DNA of 63,874 nucleotides, counting the filler, from Reticulomyxa filosa (lineage: Eukaryota > Protista > Foraminifera), in the NCBI GenBank assembly GCA_000512085.1. It is 17 parts of 17 records of this genome, joined end to end, with 100 filler letters (N's around TTAATTAATTAA, not from the genome) between each part and the next. Parts side by side here need not be neighbours in the genome. Positions count along the whole stretch, not along the records: positions 25,733 to 32,671 come from ASPP01007146.1; positions 32,772 to 35,273 come from ASPP01006327.1; positions 35,374 to 41,178 come from ASPP01009746.1; 14 more parts are not named here. The stretch is one strand, 5' to 3'. Within the stretch, counting starts at the first letter, position 1; each line of letters starts with the position of its first letter. Under the pieces are notes generated by a model, which made no database searches, was not told the origin of the DNA, and saw only the letters and a program-made list of their open reading frames with translations. Position numbers and translations under genes: made by a program. Of this stretch, positions 25,733-37,592 are shown one piece after another.

Positions 25733-25900
25733 CCAAATAAAGCATTCATGTTTCCATCTTTTGGTGCATCTTTTGGTGTATCTTTTGGTTGCTCTTTTTG
25801 TTCTTCCGCGCCTTTTGTTGCTGCTGGCTTTGCTGCCACAGCTGCTGCACCACTCAAATCTCCTCCCTTTTTTTTTTTTTTTATAAAAAAAAAAAAAAAT

Positions 25901-25942
<42 letters not shown>

Positions 25943-26906
25943 TTAAAACAAAAATGCAAAAGTCAAAACTTTAGGATTCCATGTTAATCCTGTTTTGAAG
26001 TGCTCCTTGATGAAGTCAGTTTGTGTCTTGCAAACTTTTTTCAAGGCTTGCACAAATGCCTTTGTTTTGTCGTCTTTGGCTTCCTTCAACACGCGGTTCA
26101 GGTTGAAGTCACACGCTTGTGTTTGCTGGTCGCAATGGCCCAAAGGCGACCCACTTGGGGGGGTCATCACCACCCATTGTGTTAATGTAAGCACTTCGTA
26201 GCACGCCTTATAATGGTCACCCCACTTTTTTTGTGTGTTGGTTTGTCGTATGTATTCACAAAGTTAGTGATTTAAATAATCATCATTTGACAAACAATTA
26301 CTGTATATAATGAAATGGAAATGTTGAAAAAATTTAACTTTTTTGAAGTCCTTACCACGATAACGGGCGTTATCTGCTTTGGAAATTGCATCACCTGCGC
26401 GACCTAAAAATGCGACGAGATCTTTCTATTTCATTTGTGTTTTGTATACGTAATTTGAACACTTTGCACATTTTTATTTTTCTTTCTCTTCTCGTAATAG
26501 CTAAAAAAAAAAAAAAAAACAACAATATTATGATAAACTTGCTCTGGTTTTTTTGCATTGGGAAGTTTTTGGATGAGTTCCAAAATATTATCGAATCCTT
26601 GCTTAATAAGTGCACCCATGTCAGGAACTCCTAAATCATCAGAAGCTTTTGCTGCTGCAGCAACATCTGTTTGCACAAATTTCGTATATTCGGACACATA
26701 AGGAGGTGGGCCACTTGCCTCATCATCTCCTCCTCCGCCGCCTAATTTACGGGTTGCATTTTCAAGTCTTGTCACAGCCTTTTATTTTTTTTTATTGTTC
26801 TTAGTTCGACACGTTCTTTTGCAATTATTATCCTGAGTGAGTGAACCACAAAGCAAACACAAGTCTATTTAACTGCCTCCAATCGAGCTACAAGTGCTTC
26901 GCTCAT
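25733..26906 (-). CDS. CAP1: Adenylyl cyclase-associated protein (CAP/Srv2), N-terminal half, 3'-partial
   Basis: N-terminal RLE motif (MSEALVARLEA/VTRLE), helical domain with KKP, WV, FNLNRVLKE and FIKEHFKTGLTWNPK, then P/K-rich linker and a WH2-like start (MNALF). Confidence 0.9.
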
Positions 26907-27319
26907 ATCTAATCAATTGTGCAATATGAATTTTTGACTTATAAAAAGACTGGTAACAGCTCCGACAAACATGTACGGATTAATTTGTTGTGTGGAAGTC
27001 TAGAATTTAATTCTCTCTTTTGTGATTTAACCAACAATAAACAAAAAAGCATTTGTAAAATATTACTTGTTTTAGAAAATTTTTTTAAAAACATATTTAT
27101 TAAAAATAAGACTTTGATTAAAAATTTATTTTATTTTTTATAGAATTGATTATGACATAGCTAAAATATTGGCTAACTTTTAAAAAAGAATAAACTTTTT
27201 GCAAAGGGCTAAAAAAAATATCAAAAATCTTCATGCCTGGCTTGCAAATTCAAATTTTCTCAACAAATCAAATTTGAATATTTAATTAATCACTTTATCT
27301 AGACAAAAGGAGGAAAGTA

Positions 27320-29284
27320 ATGTTGGCAGAATTATCACAAAACTCGTCTGCTCAAAACGCAAAGGCCAAAGCACGAGAGAAAATAGAAGATGATGATTTC
27401 AGCGAGATAGATGACGAATGTTTAGAAATCGAAGGCGACAAAGAAGGAGAAGAGGAAATCCAAGGACACATCCGTAGACAATCGCGTGCAACGATTCGAA
27501 GAGATAGAAGCCCGAGCAACATATCAGCAGGCAGTCCAATGAGTGTGAGCAAAGAGCCGATTGAAAACAAAAGTGAAAAGAGCGAACTAACAATCGAAGA
27601 AGCATTATCAAAAATCGAGATGATCATAAGCAGCAAGCAAGAAAAGGGAGCTAAGCCATATCAAGAGGACAGTACATGCATATTTTACTCTCCAGACTTG
27701 ACCGTTCTCATGGGCGCTGTGTTCGACGGTCACGGAGGAATCAATGGTCAAATCGCTTCCAAAAAGCTTGCTAATTTAACACTTGAATACTTTCAAAAAG
27801 TTATCTACACATACATATGTATATATATATATATGTATGTGTACATATGTAATTTCGGAATTATTGTTCAATAAAAAAAAGAGGGGCGTCCCCTCCTTCC
27901 ATGGTGTGAACTTTTTTATGTCAATAGAATTGGCAAAAAATTCGTGACTGGACAAAAGAGGAATGGAAAAAAGAAATGAAAAGTTGGTTTGACGAAATGC
28001 AAACAACAGTAAGAGACTGCTTTGCTGAGGTTACAAGTGTGTGTTTTTTTTGTTTTTTTTTTACATATGTGTACATTAATATATGTATATGTATATATAT
28101 ATATGTAATTGAAGATGGAAAGAGTACGACGACGGAATAATGGACAAAGTGAAGAGAATATAGTGGACAGCAAGGGTGTGGTTCGAAAGTCTTCGGGAAT
28201 GCCGATCCATGGGGGCACGACAGCGACGATCGCGACGGCGATAAGACAGCCGAAGAACACGTGGCAATTGGTATGTGCGAATGTGGGAGATTCCGACTGT
28301 TTGTTGGTGGCGAGAAAGCCACAGCGACTGGCGTCGAACAACGACGTGTACATGCACATGTCCGTGGATCACAGTCCGGACAGTCGTTCCGAGTATTTGC
28401 GAATCAAGGAGTTGGAAAGTAAAGACTATCCGCAAAAGCTGCTGTTTGTGTATGACCAAGATAATGCGCATTGCAAGTATGAGTGTCCATTAGTGTTTTT
28501 AGAAAATGGAACCAAGGATCCCAAATATGCAAATAATCCTTGGAAATACAACCTTCGACCCACCAACGTTCGATATGACCCCGCCGTGTATGCCGTCTCT
28601 CCTTCGGGCGTTTCTCACGACATTACGTGCATTGCGATGACGCGATCGTTGGGAGATTTCTATGCCAATCAGTTTGGACTTTCCCATCGACCCGATCTCA
28701 CCTTTCACCAATTGGACGCTCATCATCAATGCTTCATCACTGTTGCTTCCGACGGAATTTGGGATTGCTGGAAGTGGGACGCTTTCGCTGAGTATTTAAA
28801 CACCTGCTTCATCAAGTTTCAATTACAAACGCAACAAGTTGTTCACGTCGCTTTGCAACATACCGTTGCACGCGCTAAAAGTTGCTTTGGACACTCCTCG
28901 TTTGATGACGCCTCTTTGGTTGTCATCTCGTTACTTCCGCAGCTTTTTCCTTCCCTTCCACAGCCTGTTCCTAATCGCATATTGCCTCCTCTCACTCCCC
29001 ATCCTTTTCATCACAGTAATGTTACAACTAGCACCATGACGACAACTGCGGCAATGACAACCACAACAACTACAGAGGCAGCAACTACCACCATGATGGT
29101 AACTACGGCGATGACAACCACAACTACAGAGACAACAACAACCACCACCCCCACTTCGACAGCAACAACAGATACTATTCTTGCTGCAACTGCTAAGGGT
29201 CTTCCTATTCTTCATGATGATAACGACTCTGAGTTTGGAAAACATGACGACGGTGAAGAATTGTTTGGTTCTTTCAGTGACTGA
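27320..29284 (+). CDS. PP2C/PPM-family protein phosphatase with Thr-rich C-terminal tail
   Basis: YQEDS, AVFDGHGG, GTTA, ANVGDS, DHSP, MTRSLGD, VASDGIWD and DDASLVV. Introns between ~27800 and 28114. Confidence 0.93.
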
Positions 29285-30626
29285 TTCATCATATCCTTTT
29301 TTTTTTTTTTGTGTTTTTGTTTGTTTGTTTTTTCCCTACAAATCTAATTTCAGGCTTTTTCTTTTTTTTTTGTTACTCGTTTCTTAGGTCATTGCAACAA
29401 ACACTTAATTTTATCGGCACAACTTTTTTGTTTTTTTTGACAGTTAGTTATAAAGGGACAGAGCAGCTTCAAATTTGTTATTTTTAATTGTACGTTACTT
29501 TTGGTGTGTAATATTTCAAAACCAATTGTAAACTGTCTAAAGAAAATAAAAACATTTGCGGAATCATTTCAAAAATTTCTTTTCAAAACTTCATTTAATT
29601 CATAGATTTCCATTTAAAACTTTGTGGATTTTTCTTGTTTCATCACAACATGTCATTAGTTCACACAGCTGAACTCACATAAAAGATATACAACTTCAAA
29701 AGGCAATTTATACTTTGAATAGTTTGTTTCTATCACAAAAAAAGATCAATAGAGTATACTGGTAATGTGTTTGTCTTTGAATAAATAAATTGATTAGTAG
29801 TTTTATTTAAATGTTTAAAAAGCTATTTATTGAAAGTTAAATATGAAATGTTCCAGATTCGACGCTATTCTGTTTAGATAACCTTCACACAAACTATTCC
29901 TATTAAATTAAATGTCCAAGCGCTCATTCAAACCGCTTCAAGCACTTACATTTTCAAAAAAAGTATAACAATAGCAGGAACTCCATAATTACAAATGTAG
30001 AAATCTTGTTAATATCCAAATGAATGCTATTTTACAATTAAAAAATGAAACAAAGATTTGCGAGCGTAGTTAAATAGACCAAACAAAATAATGAGTTTTG
30101 TCAGTCAAATTTCATTAAAATTTTTTTGAGTATTCATCGTTTTGTCCATATTTCTGCCAACTCAATGCTTTTGTCCACAAAGGATATCGAAGTTTGAAAG
30201 TAGCGGCTTGTTGAAAACAACTGGTTAAAAAAAAAAAGCGGCCAAATGAAATAAAGTTTTCAGATTCACAATCTATATCCTCTGAAATAACTATAGCAAC
30301 TCAAAATAAAAGTACATCACAATTCAATTGGTTTGATTTTGAAGATTGATTTTTCAAACACTAAATCATCATATAACATTGTACGTGCAATATGTTAGGC
30401 TCACAAGCCCTCTGAGAAGTATTCGTGCAGTTACACGTTAAAAAAACTACATTTTCGTCCAGTTTGAGTGACATTTGATATAAAGAGGAACTTTTTCAAA
30501 TAACAAGCGAAATGTTTATGTTAACATTCTTTTCCAAATGTACATTATTGTTCTAATTTATTTCAATTTATTCAAAGAGTTGTTCATATATAGCTTCAAA
30601 GATAAAGAGAAAAAAAGGTGAAAATA

Positions 30627-32671
30627 TTATTGAGGCTCCAATTCAAAAATAAGTCCTTCAAAGGCAATTTCTTCAACAACATATCGTGAGTATTGCTCTT
30701 GGGTACATCCATGATTGTCCAAAAACTGAACTCGAATATATCGTCCTCTTCGTTTGATATAATCAATACTCTCCAAAGTGAAGTCCTGCCATCCGTGTTT
30801 TTGTCGGCTTTGAATCCTGCCCAGAGTCCTCCAAACATTGGAAGGCTGTTCAGCACCATCCTCTCGTTTATTGTTATTGCTACCCTGATCTTTTTTAATC
30901 TGTTGTTTTAGTTTTTGTGTAAATTCGTCAGTGCTATTTTCGTCATCGTCCTCTTGCGATGACTTTGGCTGCTCTTTGGCCTGATTGAAGCTCGAGTTAG
31001 TGAGAGGAGTGTCACTCAAGTGCAATGCGATATCATCATGGTCCGATGCTGGTTTGGGTAGTTTGTGATGATAAACATGTTTGGGGTCAGTATCAACATC
31101 AGCAATTTGCAAAAGGATATTTTTGGGGATATTGCCATAGCGTGTGGAGCGCATATCAAACTTGATTCGAAACGTGGAAAGTTCGACCAGTCTGCTCAAG
31201 TCAAATGCAATCCAATCGACAAAGTCAGCATTTTCACTCACACTGAGCGATGGATTTTCTTGTTTCATGGCATGGTCCACAATGAACTCACTATTCAACA
31301 ATGACTGATACAATAAGTGTTCGTTCGACACTAACAAATTGTCGGGATGTCCGTCTTCATTATGTCCCAAGTGCGAAGCTACCTTTACTCCACTTACCGT
31401 TGTTGGTTTTCCTATAAACATAAATAAATAAATGTACGTATACAATAGATATATACATATATGTATATGTATATATAGTATATAAGTGTGACTAAGCTCT
31501 TTTTTTTCTTTTTGGTTTTACAAGTGGCAATGTCACTGAATTCCCCCCATCCATTTCTGTTTTTGGCTCGAACGCGAAGGGCATAGGAGAGGGAGTGTTG
31601 AACAAATCCGCACAAGAGTACGTATTTATTGACAACATATTTGTTAACAATGTATTTGCCCTTTCGAATGGCGTCTTGTTCGCTGCCATTGGGAGTGATT
31701 TTTTTGCGAGGACTTTTGGACTTGCTGGTTTTCTTTTGGCTTTGGTTATTGTCATCATCATCATTATTACCATCATTTTCGTAATGATCTTTCTCATTGT
31801 CGTTGTTATTGCTATTGTCCAGATTGTCTTGCAACTCTTGTCTTTGCTGTTGAGCAGCAACATCTTGAAACTTTTGCACCAAATTCTTTTCTTCATCATC
31901 GACGGTGAGGACCTGGACCTGATACACCATAACGGGGTCTCTCAAAACAATTTGGTCATTAGCAGCGCCATCAGCAATGCGGTCAGCCCATTGAGCTTGA
32001 ATGGACCAATCAGTGACGATGACATTGATAAGAAAAGGAGCGTCGGGTGGATTGCCCCACGTGACAATGCCCAAGTCGTGCAAGTCGCGTACCATGGGCT
32101 TGATATTGACATGGAAGCCAATCAAAGGAGTACACACAGGGGCCATATTGGGCTTTTGTGCCAAGGCATTGTTTACAATCTCAGCTAATCGCTGCGTGCG
32201 CTTTTGCAGGTTTTCTCGTGTAGAGTTTTGGTTCTTTGCCAAAATGCGATTGAATGTAGCCATGGTCTCCTGGTAGTTGGCCATGGCTACTCGAAGCGCT
32301 TCGCTCTGTTCTCCCAGCGCTTTGAACTTGTCTTGGGCTACGGCCTTGATCGACTCGACCAGCTGTTGCTTCCTCTCCTCCATCGACTTGATCAACTCCT
32401 CAAACTCCTGTGTCACCGCCGCGACCGCCGCCTTCTCTTGCGTGTCCACGCCGACGATGCACCTTTGAATGCGCTCCAGTCCGTCTTGGCAGTTGATCAT
32501 TTGGATTTGCAAGTCGTTTAAGTATCGACTCTCCTCTTCTTGGATCATGACCACTACTTGTCCGTCATTTGCTTTTTTGCCTTTCACTCCAGATGAGGAC
32601 GACGCTTTTATTTTGTTGTCATTGCCATTGTTATTGTTATTATTGCTATTATTATTATTATTATTATTATT
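30627..32671 (-). CDS. TRIM-like protein: B-box C-terminal coiled coil, FN3 domain and a discoidin/galactose-binding-like beta domain; 5'-partial
   Basis: Coiled coil (EFEELIKSMEERKQQLVESI), FN3 (PPDAP..W..YQVQ..YALRVRAKNRNGWGEFS), C-terminal WIAFDL...GWQDFTL..RYIRVQFLDNHG. Confidence 0.65.
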
Positions 32672-32791
32672 NNNNNNNNNNNNNNNNNNNNNNNNNNNNN
32701 NNNNNNNNNNNNNNNTTAATTAATTAANNNNNNNNNNNNNNNNNNNNNNNNNNNNNNNNNNNNNNNNNNNNCTCCTTCTGACGTACGTATG

Positions 32792-32824
<33 letters not shown>

Positions 32825-32899
32825 GTATATGTGTAACATATGCATAGGAGGAGTTGCTGTGCAACCAACACACACACACACACACACACACAAAAAGTG

Positions 32900-33500
32900 G
32901 CAGGACAATAACAATGGCGACTCAAGTGTGTATGGATTGGTTAGCAGTGCAGTGTCGATATTTTTCTTTGGAATGCTGCAAGTGATGCTGAAGTATATTG
33001 GCGAAACGTACTTGTCGCAGCTGCAGAGGTTCGAAATGACGACGCATGCGTTGCTGTTTCAAGCCTTTGCAGGAGTTTGGAGTGTGTTGCTCGGATGGAT
33101 CGGACTCGTATTTTTGCTGGTGGTGTTGCACTCGGAGCCAATGTCTTGGAGTGACTTGGCAGAATAAGCTTGAGTGAATGGCTGCAAATGATTGGCTTAG
33201 GCCTCGTCGATCTAACTTTGGTTTTTGTTTTTCCTTATTGTTTCTTGTTCCACTCACACGGTTACTCTCATTGTTCGACAGGCCCTTCTTGTGCCTGTTA
33301 TCCTCTTTCTTCATCCCTGGTGGGAAAAGTCGCAAATGTTCAGTGCTTTCTCCATCGTTGGGATATTGTTTGTCTTCTTTGCCTTTTCTTTGGTACATTT
33401 GCCAGTCTTTCAGTACATATCGCATTTGTGCTTGACCAAATGCAGATGTCAGTGCTGATCTTTTTCATCTCCTCTTAGTTAGCTTATGCCATTGCTTCTT
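32900..33500 (+). CDS. Multi-pass membrane protein fragment (possibly drug/metabolite-transporter-like)
   Basis: Consecutive hydrophobic helices in ORFs 32829-33167, 33170-33478 and 33225-33458, with a stop or frameshift between them. Confidence 0.4.
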
Positions 33501-34192
33501 TTTTATTTTTATTTCATTTTTTTAATTATTGTGATTGTTGATGTGACATACCTATATTTGAAATGTGGAGCGTTGAATGCCAAGTGTGGAGGGGTAAACA
33601 AACGCCCAACCAAAACCATATCACTTTTTAATCGTGTCAATAATTAAGGCAACATCAAACATACCAAAAAAAAAAACAAAACAGACATCTTTTTTTCCCC
33701 ATCTATTTTGTGTTCGACAAATACAAATTTTCACTTCAAATATTGAAGCAAATCTCCAAAGTGCAACTTGACACTACAAAATTTGATAACATTTTTACGT
33801 CATTTAATTTCCTCACTGAAAAGTCGTACATATTCTCTAACTTTAACCGAACTTTTATGAAAATTTCAAAAATGGAAACACTCGGATCAAAAAACAGTTG
33901 CTAGTACTTGGAAAAAGCAAGGAGCCCCGAAAAGACTTTGAGTTCAGTTGGCAATATGGTGCCATATTGAGCCGCCTTTATTTAATATTATTAAAAATTG
34001 GATGTTGAACACAGTCAAGTTGTGTAGTGTGACTGAGTGACGAACAACGTTATAGTATATATCACATAAACGGGGCACAGCTTGGACAGCAGTTGGAGTT
34101 TATCTTGTCAATTTGAATATTATAAATGAGTAAAAGAATCGAATTATAATAAAAAACCATGACCTTTAATCAATTGTTTGTTTGTTTGCTTG

Positions 34193-34617
34193 CAGTATAT
34201 TCAAAAAAACTGACATACATAAATGGCACGCTTATGAAGAGATAGATTTTCTCCATGAAAAGTTTAAATCAAATTTTTTTTCATTTAAAAAAATCTACAA
34301 AAATTATAGTTTTTAGATGTAAACATTTTTTTAGGTGTTTGACTTGTTCTTTTATTGTTTTGTTTTTGCTTGTCATTTTAAAATTTGGATCTTTGACTTA
34401 GAAGAAAAATCTAATACAGTTTTGATTTATATGCATTTCTGCGAAATTTTCAAAAATCATATGAAAACACGATATTTTTAATCCACCTCGAAACAAGTAT
34501 TTAAGAACTACAAGCTTTGTAGGCATTTTTAAAAATTAGGTTAATGTTTATTTTTCATGGAGAAAATCGATTATATGAATAGATACCATTTTGGTATGTC
34601 AGTTTTTTTAAACAGTG
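34193..34617. mobile_element. MITE copy (degenerate)
   Basis: Inverted arms ctgacatac...gattttctccatgaaaa / ttttcatggagaaaatc...gtatgtcag, shared with the 61415-61727 element. Confidence 0.65.
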
Positions 34618-35439
34618 GAACCCCTTTTTCTCAAACTCCTCACCTTCAAAAAAAAAAAGGCGCTCCAAAAATTTTCAGTTGTTACTTTTTATTATTTGTA
34701 TTAATTTCTATCAAAGTTCGAAAAGAAAAAGTTAACATCTTTTTGATTCTTTGTCAATTTGGATTGAAATAATGGAGTTTTTTTTCCACCACTCCGTAAA
34801 ACCAAAAAGACAGCTCATGACCGACAAGAACGTAGTTAAAGAGTTTCAAATGGCTAACCACCCAATTTTGGCGAAATGTAAATAAACTAAAACCACTCAT
34901 TTTACTAAAAAAGAAATAGGATACGTTTGAGACTTTTTGTTTTGAAATAATCAAAGTAGAAGAAGAATACATGTATGTGATAATAATGATATAAAAAGGG
35001 CCATTGCAAAAGTTGAGCAGCGAGAGTGTTAATGACTACAAGTACTTCCAATCATCAGTAACAGATTTAACAAAATTTATGCAAGTTCTGAATTGAAAAA
35101 CATGATACTTACTTAAAAAAAAAAAAAAAAAACCAATAGAGGGTAATACTGTGTGTATACGTATCTGGTTTCAATGATGTTTTCTTTGCGCTTGATCAAA
35201 AGGAGAATTTAACAATGCAATTCGTTGAAGGGACGCAATGCAAATCCAATAAAAGCAACTATTCAATAGAAACNNNNNNNNNNNNNNNNNNNNNNNNNNN
35301 NNNNNNNNNNNNNNNNNTTAATTAATTAANNNNNNNNNNNNNNNNNNNNNNNNNNNNNNNNNNNNNNNNNNNNAAAAAAAAAAAAAAAATTAAAAAAAAA
35401 AAAAAAAAAAGGACAATATATTTCAGTCATTTGATGTAA

Positions 35440-36693
35440 ATGAATATGTGTGTATGCATGCCCGTGGAGAAAGTGATAGAAACGGAGAAGATATCGGGAA
35501 CAGGGAAGAAAACCAGAACAGAACCAGAAAGTGAAACAGGAACAAAAGCAGCGAGGATAAACTGGCCTTCATATGTAAAAGAAGGACAGTCGATTCGCGT
35601 ATTGGCACCCATATGTGCGACAGAATTCCGAGGACGTGTGCAACAGATGAATGGCTCGGATATCATCGTGAAACCTCTGGATGGTCCATTGCTCGGTCGT
35701 GAAGGATTCGATACAGTGAGACTGCATTCCGCTGCATTCATTGTCGGTATTGATTGGCAATACTCTCAACATCCAACTCTTCAGTCCTCGCCGTATGTCC
35801 CTATCCACTCCATTCCTTCCGTCACCTCGGATACGTTACATGTCAATCCGATTTTTGAGACCCCGAAAAAAATAGAATCGAATGCACAAGGGTATGCACA
35901 TTATATACACATATACATATATATGTATGTATATATTTATATATTTTGTTTTATATGTCTTGGATTCGGTACAGAAGTAGTGCGATTGATGCAGGCAAAA
36001 CAACAGTGATTAAACAAGAGCCAAACAACACATTCTCCAGCTTTAAGAGGAGTCTGAAAAACATGGAGAAGGAGGAAACAGAAATGAGAAGAGAGGTGGG
36101 CGAAAATGTTCAAACTAAGATTGAAATGGATGCTTTGATTTCAAGTAAAAAAAAGAGAAGAAGACACACTACAGGTGGGAGTCAGATCAATTCTGACCAA
36201 AAAAAGTGAGCCTGACTATCAAACACCCCAACGTCATCACAGACCTATCCAAGACGCCACACTGCCATTGCGACGTTCGAAACGATTGAGTACTTCTGCT
36301 CGTCACTATCGTCATAGTCATAGTCATAGTCATAGTCAGAGCCAGAATCAGAGCCAAAGCAAGACTTACAGTCAGAGAAATGATAGTCAAAGACGTAAGA
36401 GCGCTTTGTTGGCAACACGCAAATTGAATGCAAAAGAAGAGACACATTATCACCGATATAACTCATTCACTTCCAAAGAAAATGATGCTTTGTTGGCAGG
36501 ACTTGCCAAATACAAAACACTCCATAAAATGTCTGGGAAAGGCATGTATCATTATATGAAATTAGATCCTGTGTTTGGACCCATTCTTCATTATAAAACT
36601 AATGTACAGTTAAAAGATCGGGTTCGAGTTTTGCGCAAAAATAACGACAGTCGTCTTTTAGCCCTTTTTCCAGAATGGAAAACTATTTCCTAA
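35440..36693 (+). CDS. Protein with C-terminal telobox-like Myb/SANT domain (TRF-like)
   Basis: FTSKENDALLAGLAKY...LDPVFGPILHYKTNVQLKDRVRVL resembles the telobox consensus WTxEExxALxxGxxKY...DPxFxxxLxxRTxVxLKDKWRN. Intron at ~35892-35975 and a likely frameshift at ~36200. Confidence 0.7.
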
Positions 36694-37198
36694 ACATCTT
36701 CCAATATTTTTGTATGATATTCTCCCTTCTCACTATTCTGTTCATCATCGCGGTATCCTTTCTGCGATACAAACATGCCACTTTCTTTATTGTAATTAAT
36801 GGCATTTGCCCATTTCAATAAAAAAAAATTTTCTCATTTGTTTACATTGCAGGTCAAAAAAATAAAAACAGACTATTTGTAATCTGCAATCAGAAGAAAT
36901 ACAATTTATCGAAATTGCAACTTTTTTCATAGTTTCATACATACACTTGGATTTCTCCACAACTTAAACATTATTTAAAAATATAAAATATTGTTTTTTC
37001 ACGTAAAATTGTCTCGGTTCAGCAAAAAGTCATATGATAACTCTTAGAGAAAAAAAGTAATGTGTAAGATACCGAGAGAAGAGTATTGTAGAAATTTAGC
37101 GCAATAGAAAAAGAAATTTCAATTTGCGTTGTTAAATAAGAATAAATAGATGAACAAGTTACATACACGAACACAAACCACAAAAAAAACATCAACAT

Positions 37199-37561
37199 TT
37201 ACGATGCACCCTTTCTGAACCTCCTTGATCTTATATGGCCTGTTTGGAATTGTACGGGTTGCTTGGCTTTGTTAGACATGCGTGAGCTGGCCCGATAGTT
37301 AGTTTTGACAGCGGTGTCATCAAACGCTTTAGATTCGGTTGACACTCCATTTTCCTCATTGTTACTATTATCATCCGAATTGTTCTCGCGTACAACTTTT
37401 CTTTTGACGACGGCGACGCTGAAGCGATTCACGAGAAGAAGGCGAAGAAGATTTTGATTTGGGTGAAGAAGATTCCTCCTTTGGGGGCTTTGGATATTGG
37501 CAAAATTTATGACACAAGCATTGACAAAAAACATATTTATCAATTTTTTGTTTTTTCCCCT

Positions 37562-37592
<31 letters not shown>

